A stretch of 64,000 nucleotides of DNA. Source: an uncultured Gemmatimonadaceae bacterium. Its GTDB lineage: Bacteria > Gemmatimonadota > Gemmatimonadetes > Gemmatimonadales > Gemmatimonadaceae. The notes under the pieces were generated by a model. It did not search any database and was not told where the DNA came from. It saw nothing but the letters and a program-made list of their open reading frames with translations. Below are positions 20,390-31,542 of the stretch, piece after piece (position 1 is the first letter of the stretch; the number at the start of each line of letters is the position of its first letter). The stretch covers positions 1 to 64,000 of the forward strand of contig CAWFQK010000009.1 of assembly GCA_963817955.1 (NCBI GenBank), read 5' to 3'. The position numbers were made by a program, and so were the translations under genes.

Positions 20390-21503
20390 CGTCGCCCGGT
20401 CTCCCGCCGCGCCGACGCGAACTGCGAGCACACCGATGTTTGTCGCGACGCTCGCCGGTGTGCTCCTGGCGACGGCCCTCTTCCTGTCCTTCGACATCTT
20501 TCTCGCGCGCCTCGATCGGAGCGCGTCGGATGCGCACGCGGCGTCGGAATACGCGGACGGACTGGCGCTCCTCGCCGCTGGCCGACCGTCGGATGCCAGC
20601 GCGCGATTCGGTGCGGCCGTCGCCATCGACCGGCAGAATGTGAACTACGCGCTCGCGCTTGGGCAGGCGCTGCTCGAGCAGGGCCGAACCACGGATGCCG
20701 AAGCGACCCTGAGGGCACTGCTGGATCGTGCCGAGAACGACGGGGCAGTGAACCTGACCATGGCGCATGTCATGCTGCGCGAGAATCGGCCGGCGGACGC
20801 CAAGGCATACTTCCATCGAGCGATCTTCGGGCGCTGGGGTGCTGATTCGGTCGCGCGTCGCACGCAGGCGCGCTTCGAGCTCATCGACATGCTGGCGGCC
20901 CGGGGTGATTCGCGAGAATTGCTGGCGGAATTGCTCCCGTTCGAGGAGACGTCCCCCGATAGCACCGCGCTCCGCCGGCGTCTTGGCCGTCTGTTCATTC
21001 TGGCCGGATCGCCGGCGAGAGCGGCCGCGATGTTTGGCGAGGTGCTGCGTCGCGATCCGGAGGACGCGACCGCATACGCCGGGATGGGAGAAGCTGCCCT
21101 GGAACTCGGGAATTTTCGAACGGCCCGCGCGGACCTGGCGAAGGCGGCAGAACTCCGGCCGGAAGACCCGGCAATCGCTCGCAGTCTTGCCGTCGCCGAC
21201 AGCGTGCTGTCGCTCGACCCCACGGCGCGCGGCATTGGGGCGCACGAGCGGTATGTGAGAAGTCAGACACTGCTCGCGCGGACGATCGCCGTGCTCGGGG
21301 CGTGCTCGCCGTCCGCGGCATCGGCCTTGGCGGATTCAGCGCGCGCTGTGCTGTCCATGGGCGTGCCCGCGAGGCGCGAAGCGGCACAGGGTGAAGCCAT
21401 GTTGGCATCGGCCACCGATCTGTGGGCGGCGCAAGCGGCGACGTGCGCGCCGGCTGCGAACGACAAGGTGCTGTGGCTGGTGCAGACCCACCTCGCGCAG
21501 TAA
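20382..21503 (+). CDS. Membrane-anchored TPR protein
   Basis: N-terminal TM helix, TPR repeats, start overlaps the ClC gene end. Confidence 0.8.
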   Translation: MSDVARSPAAPTRTASTPMFVATLAGVLLATALFLSFDIFLARLDRSASDAHAASEYADGLALLAAGRPSDASARFGAAVAIDRQNVNYALALGQALLEQGRTTDAEATLRALLDRAENDGAVNLTMAHVMLRENRPADAKAYFHRAIFGRWGADSVARRTQARFELIDMLAARGDSRELLAELLPFEETSPDSTALRRRLGRLFILAGSPARAAAMFGEVLRRDPEDATAYAGMGEAALELGNFRTARADLAKAAELRPEDPAIARSLAVADSVLSLDPTARGIGAHERYVRSQTLLARTIAVLGACSPSAASALADSARAVLSMGVPARREAAQGEAMLASATDLWAAQAATCAPAANDKVLWLVQTHLAQ

Positions 21504-21680
21504 GGCTTCGTCAGGTAATAAGGTTTACACAATGGCGTGAGGCCGAATCGCATAGTTCCACTCCCCGTGGAAGGTGTGCGGGAACAGGTTCACCGTCGCG
21601 ATCTCAGCGTCTGACTTGTTCCATTTGCTCGTGCCCGGATGAGCGCTCGAGCGATCTCACGATACTGCTCGTCGCCATGC

Positions 21681-21709
21681 TTGCAATTTAGCTGTGCCTA
21701 AATTAAATG
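21681..21709 (+). promoter_or_regulatory. Sigma70 promoter overlapped by a DtxR/MntR-type operator
   Basis: TTGCAA-N17-TAAATG with the palindrome AATTTAG-CTGTGC-CTAAATT (21685-21704) across the spacer. Confidence 0.75.
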
Positions 21710-21758
21710 TTCGCCATCTGGAATCGACTGAGCTGAGTCGCCGATAGGAGGCGATCGA

Positions 21759-23078
21759 GTGGCAAGATCCTACACAACCGGTGATGAGACCGCGCGGCGG
21801 CACCCCAAGGTGCAACGCGCGGCACGTGCGGCGATCGAAGGAAGATCCCGAGGACTCAAAGCGATCCTGCCGTTCATCGGGCCGGCCTTCATCGCGTGTA
21901 TTGCGTACATCGACCCTGGTAACTTCGCGACCAACGTCCAGGGCGGGGCGCAGTTCGGGTACGCCCTTCTCTGGGTGATCCTGTTGGCCAACGTGATGGC
22001 CATGGTGATTCAGGGACTCGCGGCCAAGCTCGGCATCGCCACCGGTATGAACCTCGCCGAGGTGTGCCGAGCCCGATTCCCGCAGTGGGTGAGTTACTGC
22101 TTGTGGGCCACCCAGGAGGTCACGGCGATGGCGACCGACCTGGCCGAGGTGCTCGGCGCCGCGATTGGCATCACCCTCCTCACCGGCATGCCCCTATTCG
22201 CGTCGGCCCTGATCGCCGGGATGACCGTATTCATCATCCTGGCGCTCCAGGGCGGTGGATTCCGCCAACTCGAGGTGTTCATTGGAGGATGCGCCGCGGT
22301 AATCGCACTCTGCTACCTGATCGAGACGATCCTGGCGAAGCCGGACTGGGGGCAGGTCCTTTACCACACCGTGGTGCCGAGCCTGCCGGGGAACGGCGCC
22401 GTGCTGCTGTCGGTGGGTATCATTGGCGCTACCGTGATGCCCCACGTGATCTATCTGCACTCCGATCTCACGCGCGACCGCATCGTTCCGACGAGCGATG
22501 AGGAAGCGAGACGGATCGCCAACTTCAACAAGATCGACGTCATCGTGGCGATGACCCTCGCGGGCGTTGTCAACATGGCCATGCTGTTCATGGCGGCCAA
22601 GGTGTTTCACTTTACCGGGCACGCCGACGTGGCCGATATCAATTCGGCGTACAAGACGCTGACTCCGCTCCTGGGTGGCGCATCGGCACTCGTCTTTGCC
22701 ATCTCCCTCATTGCCTCCGGGATATCCAGTTCGCATGTTGGGACGATGGCCGGCCAGGTGGTCATGCAGGGATTCGTCGATTTTCGAATTCCTATCTGGC
22801 TGCGGCGAATGGCGACCCTGATCCCAGCCCTGGTGGCGATACAACTCGGTCTCGATCCGACCCGTACGTTGGTCATCAGCCAGGTGGTGCTGAGCTTCTC
22901 GCTCCCCATCCCGGTGATCACGCTGATAATGTTCACGCGCGACCGCGCGATCATGGGCAATCTCGTCAATCATCCGGCCGTGACGGCGGTCGCGATCCTC
23001 TGCGCCACAGTCATCCTGTTTCTGAACGCGATCCTGCTCTACCAGACCTTCGGCGGTCAGCTGCCGAGCTTCGGCTGA
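21759..23078 (+). CDS. mntH: Nramp Mn2+/Fe2+ transporter
   Basis: AYIDPGNFATN, GATVMPHVIYLHS, GTMAGQVVMQGF, SQVVLSF. Confidence 0.95.
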   Translation: MARSYTTGDETARRHPKVQRAARAAIEGRSRGLKAILPFIGPAFIACIAYIDPGNFATNVQGGAQFGYALLWVILLANVMAMVIQGLAAKLGIATGMNLAEVCRARFPQWVSYCLWATQEVTAMATDLAEVLGAAIGITLLTGMPLFASALIAGMTVFIILALQGGGFRQLEVFIGGCAAVIALCYLIETILAKPDWGQVLYHTVVPSLPGNGAVLLSVGIIGATVMPHVIYLHSDLTRDRIVPTSDEEARRIANFNKIDVIVAMTLAGVVNMAMLFMAAKVFHFTGHADVADINSAYKTLTPLLGGASALVFAISLIASGISSSHVGTMAGQVVMQGFVDFRIPIWLRRMATLIPALVAIQLGLDPTRTLVISQVVLSFSLPIPVITLIMFTRDRAIMGNLVNHPAVTAVAILCATVILFLNAILLYQTFGGQLPSFG

Positions 23079-23112
23079 CCGGTGTGTGACCAACAATGAG
23101 AGAAGGTTGACA

Positions 23113-24126
23113 ATGCCTTCAGCGAACCGGCCGCGGCCGACGCCCCCCAACCAATCGCCCGCCGCCGCGTCGATGGAACGAATCCTCGTCCCGGTCGACG
23201 GCTCCCGTCTGGCGGAAGCGGCGCTTCCGATCGCCGCTCGGCTCGCGCAAGCGTGTGGCTCGGCCATCACCCTACTCCACGTGATCGAGCGGGACGCGCC
23301 ATCCAGCGTTCACGGAGAACCCCATCTGGCCAACGCAGCCGAGGCAGTGGCGTATCTCGACCGGCTCACGCGACAGCTCGCCGCAGGCGGCCGAACTGTT
23401 GACTATCACGTCCACGAAGTGCCGGTCGGCGACGTCGCGCGGAGCATTGCCGATCATGCCGAGGAACAGAAGAGTGATGTCGTCGTCGTGAGCACACACG
23501 GCGCTGGAGGCATCCGGCGGGAACTCTGGGGCTCCATCGCCCAGCGTGTGCTGCAGTTGAGCCGTCGCCCCGTGTTGCTCGTACGGGCGCGATGGGCTCT
23601 GCCCGTGCCCGCGTCGTTCAACCCGGCAACGATCATGGTTCCGCTGGATGGCACCGTCGCGTCTGAAGCAGCGCTTCCACTCGCGAGCAAGCTCGCCCAT
23701 TCGCTCGATGCGCGTCTCCGCCTGGTGATGGTGGTGCCGACCCTGGAGACGGTCGCCCCGGATTACCGCCCGAAAGCAACTTTTCTGCCCGGCACGACCC
23801 GCGTCCTCCTTGACGTGCGAGAAGAGCAAGCCGCCGCCTACCTGGAGGATCTCGCCGCGTACCTTCTTTCGATCGGGGTGCCGAACCTCGCCGAAGTCCG
23901 TCGCGGCGCCCCAGTGGCCGAGCTCGCGGCCGACGCCGCCGAACACGGCGACGGCTTGGTGGTGGCAGCTACACACGGGCGGGCTGGACTTCAGGCGATC
24001 TGGTCCACGAGTGTCGCGGCCCGCCTGCTGAAGCGTACGAACGCCCCGATTCTGCTTGTGCCGATCATTGAACCCGCGTCCAACTCGGTGGTCCAGTCGG
24101 GCGCTCACGAAAAGGAGGTTCTTTGA
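23113..24126 (+). CDS. Tandem-domain universal stress protein
   Basis: ILVPVDGS..STHGAGG..GSIAQRVL and IMVPLDGT..ATHGRAG..SVAARLL. Confidence 0.9.
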   Translation: MPSANRPRPTPPNQSPAAASMERILVPVDGSRLAEAALPIAARLAQACGSAITLLHVIERDAPSSVHGEPHLANAAEAVAYLDRLTRQLAAGGRTVDYHVHEVPVGDVARSIADHAEEQKSDVVVVSTHGAGGIRRELWGSIAQRVLQLSRRPVLLVRARWALPVPASFNPATIMVPLDGTVASEAALPLASKLAHSLDARLRLVMVVPTLETVAPDYRPKATFLPGTTRVLLDVREEQAAAYLEDLAAYLLSIGVPNLAEVRRGAPVAELAADAAEHGDGLVVAATHGRAGLQAIWSTSVAARLLKRTNAPILLVPIIEPASNSVVQSGAHEKEVL

Positions 24127-24869
24127 TGAGTGCCGCGCGGGCCCGACGCAACGTCCCAATCCAGCCTGTCCTACGCCCAGGGCGGGAGATAGACGGAACG
24201 GTCGACGCCGACATCACCGCTCCGGTTGAGGATTATCTCAAGGCGATCTACGAGCTAGAGCGCGGCGGTGTGGCAGTGGCGACGACGGCTCTCGCTGCGC
24301 AATTGGATGTTGCGCCGCCATCGGTGACGGGCATGGTGCGGCGACTCGCCGACCAGGGCCTCCTGACACATGAACCGTATCACGGAGTTCGCCTGACGCC
24401 CCAGGGCCGGCGCCTCGCGCTTCGCACGCTGAGGCGGCACCGCGTCATCGAGGCGTATCTGTCCAAGGCACTCGGATACGGCTGGGATGAGGTGCACGAG
24501 GAGGCGGAGCGGCTGGAACATGCGGCATCCGACGACCTGATCGACCGCATGGCCGCGGCAATAGGTGAGCCGAGCGTGGATCCGCACGGCGCGCCCATCC
24601 CTCGTCGCGACGGAGCGGTCGAGGATGAGCGGCTGTGCACGCTGGCCGATGTTAAGGTCGGCGCGACAGCGGAGGTCATGCGGATCTCCGACGATGACCC
24701 GGCCCTCCTGCGGTACCTCGCTGATCTCGAGCTCAAACCGGGATGCACCGTGCGAGTCATCGAGCGCGCGCCGTTCGGCGGTCCGATCACGCTGGAGATC
24801 GCCGGCAGTCATCGCGACATCGGGCCAGCGCTCGCCGAGCGGCTGTACGTTCGGGCACGGCGCAGCTGA
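24126..24869 (+). CDS. mntR: DtxR/MntR metal-dependent regulator with FeoA domain
   Basis: EDYLKAIY, RRHRVIE, VHEEAERLEH, DPHGAPIP. Confidence 0.92.
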   Translation: MSAARARRNVPIQPVLRPGREIDGTVDADITAPVEDYLKAIYELERGGVAVATTALAAQLDVAPPSVTGMVRRLADQGLLTHEPYHGVRLTPQGRRLALRTLRRHRVIEAYLSKALGYGWDEVHEEAERLEHAASDDLIDRMAAAIGEPSVDPHGAPIPRRDGAVEDERLCTLADVKVGATAEVMRISDDDPALLRYLADLELKPGCTVRVIERAPFGGPITLEIAGSHRDIGPALAERLYVRARRS

Positions 24870-24914
24870 ATCCGCATTGGGGGTGTCGATGACAGCCCCG
24901 GCGCTTTCCGCCGC

Positions 24915-25064
24915 TCAGCGCGTTGCGTGCGATGCGTGTGATGCGTTGTCCACGATCGCCGCGACGCCTTCGGCATGTGCGCAATGCGCACAACAGAAGA
25001 AGGAGCCCTGCGCCTCGACACCGTGACCGATGACCTTGCACCCGCATACCTCGCACGTGGACAT
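24915..25064 (-). CDS. 49-aa Cys/His-rich metallothionein-like protein, absent from the ORF track
   Basis: GGAG RBS, MSTCEVCGCKVIGHGVEAQGSFFCCAHCAHAEGVAAIVDNASHASHATR. Confidence 0.7.
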   Translation of the reverse strand: MSTCEVCGCKVIGHGVEAQGSFFCCAHCAHAEGVAAIVDNASHASHATR

Positions 25065-25099
25065 GTGATGCTCCGTCGAAGATTGTCGCCAGAGATCTC

Positions 25100-27373
25100 T
25101 CAGCTTTCGGAGACTTCGTTGTCCCGTCGCTCCCTGGCTGCGCTACTGTCGCTATCGGCATCCTCGAAGTCGGCGTCGAACGCCGCGCCGCGGAGGCGAT
25201 GCTTCAGCTTGTCGCCGCTGGGCTTTGATTCAGACTTCTTTTGACCAAGCTTGTCGCGGTTCTTACGATCGGCGTCTGCCATGGTATCCACTCCCTTTGC
25301 AGTCTGCACAGGTGCCAGGAGCGTGCCGTGAGGAACGTTGCGCCTGAGCTCATCTAACCAGACCGTCGCCTCGGAATCGCTCGGCGCACGCCAGTCGCCG
25401 CGCGGCGTGAGGGAACCGCCCGAGCCCACTTTGGGCGCGTTCGGGATTGCCGATCGCTTGAACTGGCTCGTCTTGAAGAATCGGTAGAGGAAGACCTCCA
25501 GCCATTTGACGATTGTCGCAAGATCGTACTCGTGCCGTTTCTCCGGCGGGATGAGCTGAGGCCACTGGCCGCGCCCGCGGCTGCCCCACGCGTGCTGTGC
25601 CAGGTATGCAACCTTGCTCGGGCGAAAGCCGAAACGCGTGATGTAGTAGAGATGGAAATCCTGCAGCTCGAACGGCCCCACAGCCGCCTCACTACTCTGC
25701 AACCCACGTCGCTCGACCGCAGGGACGGGCACGAGTTCGGGTGAGATCTCGGTTTCGAGAATGGAACGAAGCGCGGCACCCACACGATCGTCGAAGCCCC
25801 CCGAGTTGGCCACCCATCGAATGAGATACTGGATGAGCGTCTTCGGCACCGAGGCATTCACATGATAGTGCGACATCTGGTCGCCGACGCCGTACGTCGC
25901 CCAGCCCAGCGCGAGCTCGCTGAGATCGCCGGTCCCCACCACGAGACCGCCATGGAGATTGGCGAGACGAAACAGGTGCGACGTCCGTTCACCCGCCTGC
26001 ACGTTCTCGAACGTGACATCGTACACGAGCTCGCCACGCGCAAAGGGATGCCCGATGTCGCGCAGCATCTGCATTGCCGAGGGACTGATGTCGATCTCGC
26101 CCGCGGTCACGCCCATGGCGGACATGAGCGCATGCGCATCGGCGCGCGTCTCACTGCTCGTCGCGAACCCGGGGAGCGAATAGCCCAGGACGTTGGCGCG
26201 CGGCAGCCGCAGTCGATCCATTGCCTGCGCCGAAACGAGCAATGCTTGTGTGGAATCGAGGCCCCCGGACACGCCGATCACGACTTTCTCAATGCCCGTG
26301 CTCGCCAGCCGCTTCATCAGGCCGTGGACCTGAATGTTGTAGGCCTCGCGGCAGCGCTCGTCGAGATCACGCGGATCGCTTGGCACGTAGGGAAAGCGCG
26401 AGACCTCGCGACGCAACGCCATCTCGCCGTCGGGCACATGTAGCTCGAACGGAATGCGGCGCATGCGGCGCACGCGCTCGCGTTCTTCGCCCACGAGGTC
26501 GTTGAAGCTCGTGGTGCGCGATCGTTCCTGCACGATCCGCTCGAGATCGACATCGGCCACGGTGAGTTGCTCGTCATCCGCGAACCGCTCGGACTCGGCT
26601 AACCGAATGCTATTCTCGTAGATCATCGCGTGTCCATCCCAGGCCAGATCCGTCGTGGATTCACCTGGGCCGGCGGCCGCGTAGAGATACGCAGCGATGC
26701 ACCTGGCAGACTGCCCCGCGCAGAGTGCGCGCCGGTAATCGGCTTTGCCGATCGTGATGTTGCTCGCGGAGAGATTGGCGAGCACGGTCGCGCCAGCGAG
26801 TGCGCCCCACGTGCTCGGCGGAATCGGCACCCAGAGATCTTCACAGATTTCGACGAAGAGCGCGAAATCCTTCACGTTCACCGCGTCGAACACGAGATCG
26901 TTGCCAAAGGGTACTCGCGCTCCGAGCAGGTCGGCCTCACGACTCACCGCCCAGCCGCCCGGCGTGAACTGGCGGCGCTCGTAGAACTCGCGGTAATTGG
27001 GCAGATAACTCTTGGGGACAATCCCGAGGACGCGTCCGCGGTACATGACGACGGCCGTATTGAAGAGCTTCCCCTCGACACGAAGCGGCGCACCCACGAC
27101 GATGACCGTGGTGAGGCTGCGACTCTCGTCGAGCAGCCGGGCGAGCGCCCGTTCAACGCCCTCGAGTAACGCGTCCTGCTGAAACAGGTCGTCGTTGCTG
27201 TATGCCGAGATGCCGAGCTCGGGGAAGAGGGTCACGACCGCATGGACGTCGGACGCGCGCCGCGTGAGCCCGAGCGTCTGCTCGAGGTTGTACTCTGGGT
27301 CGGCCACCCGCACGAACGGCGTGGCGACGGCTACCCGGGCAAACCCGTGCGCATACGGCGAGTGAAATGGCAT
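25100..27373 (-). CDS. nadE: Glutamine-dependent NAD+ synthetase with a C-terminal extension
   Basis: Nitrilase domain ([25 protein letters not shown]) plus [25 protein letters not shown]. Confidence 0.95.
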   Translation of the reverse strand: MPFHSPYAHGFARVAVATPFVRVADPEYNLEQTLGLTRRASDVHAVVTLFPELGISAYSNDDLFQQDALLEGVERALARLLDESRSLTTVIVVGAPLRVEGKLFNTAVVMYRGRVLGIVPKSYLPNYREFYERRQFTPGGWAVSREADLLGARVPFGNDLVFDAVNVKDFALFVEICEDLWVPIPPSTWGALAGATVLANLSASNITIGKADYRRALCAGQSARCIAAYLYAAAGPGESTTDLAWDGHAMIYENSIRLAESERFADDEQLTVADVDLERIVQERSRTTSFNDLVGEERERVRRMRRIPFELHVPDGEMALRREVSRFPYVPSDPRDLDERCREAYNIQVHGLMKRLASTGIEKVVIGVSGGLDSTQALLVSAQAMDRLRLPRANVLGYSLPGFATSSETRADAHALMSAMGVTAGEIDISPSAMQMLRDIGHPFARGELVYDVTFENVQAGERTSHLFRLANLHGGLVVGTGDLSELALGWATYGVGDQMSHYHVNASVPKTLIQYLIRWVANSGGFDDRVGAALRSILETEISPELVPVPAVERRGLQSSEAAVGPFELQDFHLYYITRFGFRPSKVAYLAQHAWGSRGRGQWPQLIPPEKRHEYDLATIVKWLEVFLYRFFKTSQFKRSAIPNAPKVGSGGSLTPRGDWRAPSDSEATVWLDELRRNVPHGTLLAPVQTAKGVDTMADADRKNRDKLGQKKSESKPSGDKLKHRLRGAAFDADFEDADSDSSAARERRDNEVSES

Positions 27374-27530
27374 TTAGAACGCGTCATCGACACGAAGGTG
27401 AGGCACGACAGCGTGCACAGGCGGGGCCAGATCGATCAGGCAGCAGGTTCGTCGCCCCGTGGCTCGCACCCTGCAGGACGCCGGGGCGCTACCGCGCCAC
27501 AAAACGTCTCGGCTGCTTTGGATCACTGAC

Positions 27531-28184
27531 ATGAACCCCGACGAGTCGTCAGATCAGAACGCCGGCTTGCCAATAGAACGAAGAGAATTCGTTGCTACCA
27601 TAATCACGGCCGCGGCCGCTCTGGCTGTGACATCCACCGCCGGCGCACGCGAGGCGACCGTGGGCACGGTGGTAACGCCAAGCGAGGCCGCGCCGGCCGC
27701 GGACCTCATGGACGTGGAACTCCGGATCAACGGCGTCGCGAGGCAATTGCAGATCGACCCGCGCGTGACGCTACTCGACGCACTGCGCGAACATCTCGCG
27801 CTCATCGGCACCAAGAAAGGGTGTGACCATGGCCAGTGCGGCGCGTGCACGGTTCATGTGGACGGCCGCCGTGTGCTCAGTTGCTTGACTCTCGCGGCGA
27901 GCGTGCAAGGGAAGGAGGTCGCGACGATCGAAGGGCTTGCGCGGGGTGATCGCTTGCATCCAATGCAGCAAGCCTTTCTCGACCGGGACGGCCTCCAATG
28001 CGGCTACTGCACGTCCGGCCAGATCATGTCAGCGGTGGCGCTCCTCAATGAACCCTGCGGCCCAAGCGACGCCGATGTTCGGGAGTGCATGAGTGGCAAT
28101 CTCTGCCGGTGTGGTGCCTATCCAAATATCGTCAAAGCTGTCCAGGACGTGAGGAACAGGCCGCTCAGCCGATCGGGGGACTAG
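27531..28184 (+). CDS. PaoA/YagT-like 2Fe-2S subunit with Tat-like signal
   Basis: [37 protein letters not shown]. Confidence 0.92.
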   Translation: MNPDESSDQNAGLPIERREFVATIITAAAALAVTSTAGAREATVGTVVTPSEAAPAADLMDVELRINGVARQLQIDPRVTLLDALREHLALIGTKKGCDHGQCGACTVHVDGRRVLSCLTLAASVQGKEVATIEGLARGDRLHPMQQAFLDRDGLQCGYCTSGQIMSAVALLNEPCGPSDADVRECMSGNLCRCGAYPNIVKAVQDVRNRPLSRSGD

Positions 28185-28185
28185 C

Positions 28186-29172
28186 ATGTACCCATTCACC
28201 TTTGTGTCCGCAGCCGATGAGGCGTCGGTGCGGGACCTGCTGGCAAGTGATGCGAGCACGCTGGTGCTGGCTGGTGGCACGACGCTCGTGGATCTCATGA
28301 AGCTCGATGTCGAGCGCCCAACGAAAGTCGTGGACATCAACGCGCTCCCGCTCAGGCAAATCGAGGATTTGCCGGGTGGAGGACTGCGAATCGGTGCGCT
28401 CGTGCGCAACAGCGATCTAGCGCATCATGATCTGGTTCGGGAGCGCTACCCGGTCTTATCGCAGGCGTTGCTCGCCGGCGCATCACCGCAGTTGCGGAAC
28501 ATGGCGACCACCGGCGGAAACCTCCTGCAGCGGACGCGGTGCTATTACTTTCGCGATACGGCCTCCCCGTGCAACAAGCGCGAGCCAGGTACCGCGTGCT
28601 CGGCGCTGCACGGACAGAACCGCATCCACGCCGTCCTCGGTACGAGCGAGCACTGCATCGCGACGCATCCGTCAGACATGGCCGTGGCGCTGGTTGCGCT
28701 CGACGCCGTCGTCCACCTGCGCGGGCCGAGTGGTGATCGCTCGGTACCGCTGACCGCGTTCTACCTGGTACCCGGTACGACGCCGCAGCGTGAGACGGTC
28801 CTCCAACAGGGTGAGCTCATTACTGCCGTCGACGTGCCGCCGCTGCCGTTTGCCAAGCGCTCTGTCTATGTGAAGGTGCGCGATCGCGCGTCCTACGCAT
28901 TTGCCCTCGCTTCCGCGGCGGTTGCGCTCGACGTTCAGGACGGGACGATTCGGAATGCCCGTGTCGCGCTCGGCGGGGTCGGCACCAAGCCGTGGCGAGC
29001 GATCGAGGCAGAGCATGCGCTCGTCGGCAAACGGCCGGGAGCTGCCGCCTATCAAGCGGCGGCCAACGCCGCATTGGCGGGTGCGGTGGGACGCGAGCAC
29101 AACACGTTCAAGATAGCAGTAGCCAAGAGAACGCTCATGCGAACACTCGCACGTGCGGAGTCATTGACATGA
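28186..29172 (+). CDS. PaoB/YagS-like FAD-binding subunit
   Basis: [48 protein letters not shown]. Confidence 0.92.
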   Translation: MYPFTFVSAADEASVRDLLASDASTLVLAGGTTLVDLMKLDVERPTKVVDINALPLRQIEDLPGGGLRIGALVRNSDLAHHDLVRERYPVLSQALLAGASPQLRNMATTGGNLLQRTRCYYFRDTASPCNKREPGTACSALHGQNRIHAVLGTSEHCIATHPSDMAVALVALDAVVHLRGPSGDRSVPLTAFYLVPGTTPQRETVLQQGELITAVDVPPLPFAKRSVYVKVRDRASYAFALASAAVALDVQDGTIRNARVALGGVGTKPWRAIEAEHALVGKRPGAAAYQAAANAALAGAVGREHNTFKIAVAKRTLMRTLARAESLT

Positions 29173-31253
29173 TCGGCGAACCGATCAATCGCGTCGACGG
29201 CAGACTCAAGGTGACCGGTGCGGCACACTTCACCGCCGAGACGCCGGCCGACCGAATGGCATACGCCGTGATCGTCCAGAGCAGCATTGCCAACGGAACG
29301 CTGCAGACGATCGATACCAGCGCAGCGGCCGCGGCGTCTGGCGTCATTGCCGTGATGACGGCCGACAATGCGCCACGCCTTCCGCAGCAGGGACGCGCGG
29401 CGCTCAAACCGCCGTCGGGGCGCGCGTTGTCGCTGCTCCAGGAGCGGACCGTTCACTACAATGGCGAGCCGATTGCCGTGGTCATCGCGAGCTCGTTCGA
29501 GGAGGCGACGCATGCGGCGTCACTCGTGCGCGCCATGTACCAGACCGACCAGCCAGTGATCGACATGACGGCGGCCCTGCCGAACGCCCGTCCGTATACC
29601 GAGAAGATTCTGGGCAGCATCCCGTCGGCGCTCGCGCGCGGTGATGTCGCGTCAGGACTCTCGGAGGCGGCGGCGCGCGTCGACGAGACCTATACGACGC
29701 CAATCGAGACGCACAACGCCATGGAGCCGCACGCCACCGTCGCGCAATGGGAGGGCGATCGGCTCACGCTGTACGATTCCACGCAGTACGTCTATGGCGT
29801 CAAACGCTTTGTCGCCAAGACACTCGGCGTGCCGGAAGATAGCGTTCGCGTCATCTCCAACTTTGCCGGCGGCGCGTTCGGCTCGAAAGGATCGGCGTGG
29901 TCCCACGTCGTGCTGGCCGCCATGGCGGCGAAACAGGTGGGCCGTCCAGTGAAGCTCGTGCTGTCCCGCCGGCAGATGTTCGGTCTGGTTGGTGCGCGTC
30001 CATATACGGTACAGCGTGTCGCGCTCGGAGCCCACAGTGACGGCACGCTGACCGCGGTTCGGCACGAGTCGACATCGAGTACGTCGGTGCTCGAGGATTG
30101 GCTGGAGCCGTCCACGCTCCAGACACGGATGTTGTACGCGACGCCGAACATCGAGACGAGTCAGCGGCTCGTGAAACTGAATGTCGGAACACCGACATTC
30201 AATCGGGCACCAGGTGAAGCGTCTGGAACGTTTGCGCTCGAAAGCGCGATGGACGAGCTCGCGGTAGAGCTCGGGATGGATCCGATCGCGCTCCGTCTCA
30301 AGAACTACGCGGAGGCCGACCCGGAGAGCGGACATCCCTGGTCGAGCAAGTCGCTTCGCGAGTGCTACGCACAGGGCGCGGAGCGGTTCGGTTGGGCGCG
30401 ACACAACCCGCGCCCGCGAGCGACCAAGGACGGGGAAGTGCTCGTAGGGTATGGCATGGCGACGGCAACGTATCCCGCGCGGCGAAGCCCAGCGTCGGCG
30501 CTGGCGCGCATGCTCCCGAATGGCGACGTCGTGGTGCAGGCAGCAACACACGAGCTTGGGACGGGTACGTACACGGTCATGTCCCAGATCGCAGCCGACG
30601 TGCTGGGCATTCCGGTAGGGCGTGTCCACTTCGAGTTGGGCGACAGCACGATGCCGGAGAATCCGATCTCTGCTGGCTCAATGACGGCGGCGAGCACCGG
30701 GTCTGCCGTTCAAGCTGTCGCGGAGGCGCTCCGCGACAAGCTGCGTTCGCGAACTGGCAATGAGACAGTCGAGGCCCGCGTCAGCGTGAAGCCGGGGGAT
30801 GAGCAACAGCACTATTCCATGCATTCGTTTGGCGCGGTCTTCGCCGAGGTGCGCGTCGATCCGGACCTCGGCGAACTGCGAGTGTCGCGTGTCCTTGGCG
30901 CATACGGCGTCGGACGTCTGCTCAATGACAAGACGGCCCACAGCCAACTCATGGGGGGAATCGTGTATGGGCTGGGCCACGCGCTGACCGAGGAGACGAT
31001 CATCGATCCGCGCACCGGGAGGTACCTCAACGCCGACCTTGCGGAATACCTCGTGCCCGTGAACGCTGACGTCCCGGACATCGAGGTCATTGTCGTTGAC
31101 GAGCACGATACGATCGTCAACCCGCTTGGCGTCAAAGGCATTGGCGAGATTGCAACGACCGGTGTTGCGGCCGCGGTCGCGAATGCCGTCTTCAACGCGA
31201 CGGGACATCGGGTGCGGACGCTGCCAATCAGGTTGGACAAGCTCTTGGTCTGA
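29169..31253 (+). CDS. PaoC/YagR-like molybdopterin-binding subunit
   Basis: [35 protein letters not shown]. Confidence 0.92.
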   Translation: MIGEPINRVDGRLKVTGAAHFTAETPADRMAYAVIVQSSIANGTLQTIDTSAAAAASGVIAVMTADNAPRLPQQGRAALKPPSGRALSLLQERTVHYNGEPIAVVIASSFEEATHAASLVRAMYQTDQPVIDMTAALPNARPYTEKILGSIPSALARGDVASGLSEAAARVDETYTTPIETHNAMEPHATVAQWEGDRLTLYDSTQYVYGVKRFVAKTLGVPEDSVRVISNFAGGAFGSKGSAWSHVVLAAMAAKQVGRPVKLVLSRRQMFGLVGARPYTVQRVALGAHSDGTLTAVRHESTSSTSVLEDWLEPSTLQTRMLYATPNIETSQRLVKLNVGTPTFNRAPGEASGTFALESAMDELAVELGMDPIALRLKNYAEADPESGHPWSSKSLRECYAQGAERFGWARHNPRPRATKDGEVLVGYGMATATYPARRSPASALARMLPNGDVVVQAATHELGTGTYTVMSQIAADVLGIPVGRVHFELGDSTMPENPISAGSMTAASTGSAVQAVAEALRDKLRSRTGNETVEARVSVKPGDEQQHYSMHSFGAVFAEVRVDPDLGELRVSRVLGAYGVGRLLNDKTAHSQLMGGIVYGLGHALTEETIIDPRTGRYLNADLAEYLVPVNADVPDIEVIVVDEHDTIVNPLGVKGIGEIATTGVAAAVANAVFNATGHRVRTLPIRLDKLLV

Positions 31254-31265
31254 GTGAGCGCTTCG

Positions 31266-31475
31266 TTACCAGCGCGCCAGCTGTGTGATTTGAATGAGGT
31301 TGCCGCAGGTGTCGTTCAATTTGGCGATTGTCGATCCGGGCACCTTGGTTGGCGGCATGATGAACGCGCCGCCGCGCGCGTCGATGCGTTCGTAGTCGCC
31401 CTTGACGTCGTCGGTGTAGAAGCGCAGGGCGTTGTCCAGGTTGTCAACGTAGATGCTCGTCAGTTTGATCGTCAT
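31266..31475 (-). pseudogene. VOC/glyoxalase gene with an in-frame internal deletion
   Basis: IKLTSIYVDN..ALRFYTD is joined directly to DVKGDYER..NDTCGNLIQI. At 69 aa, the middle of the domain is missing. Confidence 0.7.
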
Positions 31476-31542
31476 GCGGATCTCCGCGGGTGGTCAGTTG
31501 TCGTCGCGCTGAATATTGCGTCCGTCGTGCTCGTCCCGCCAC

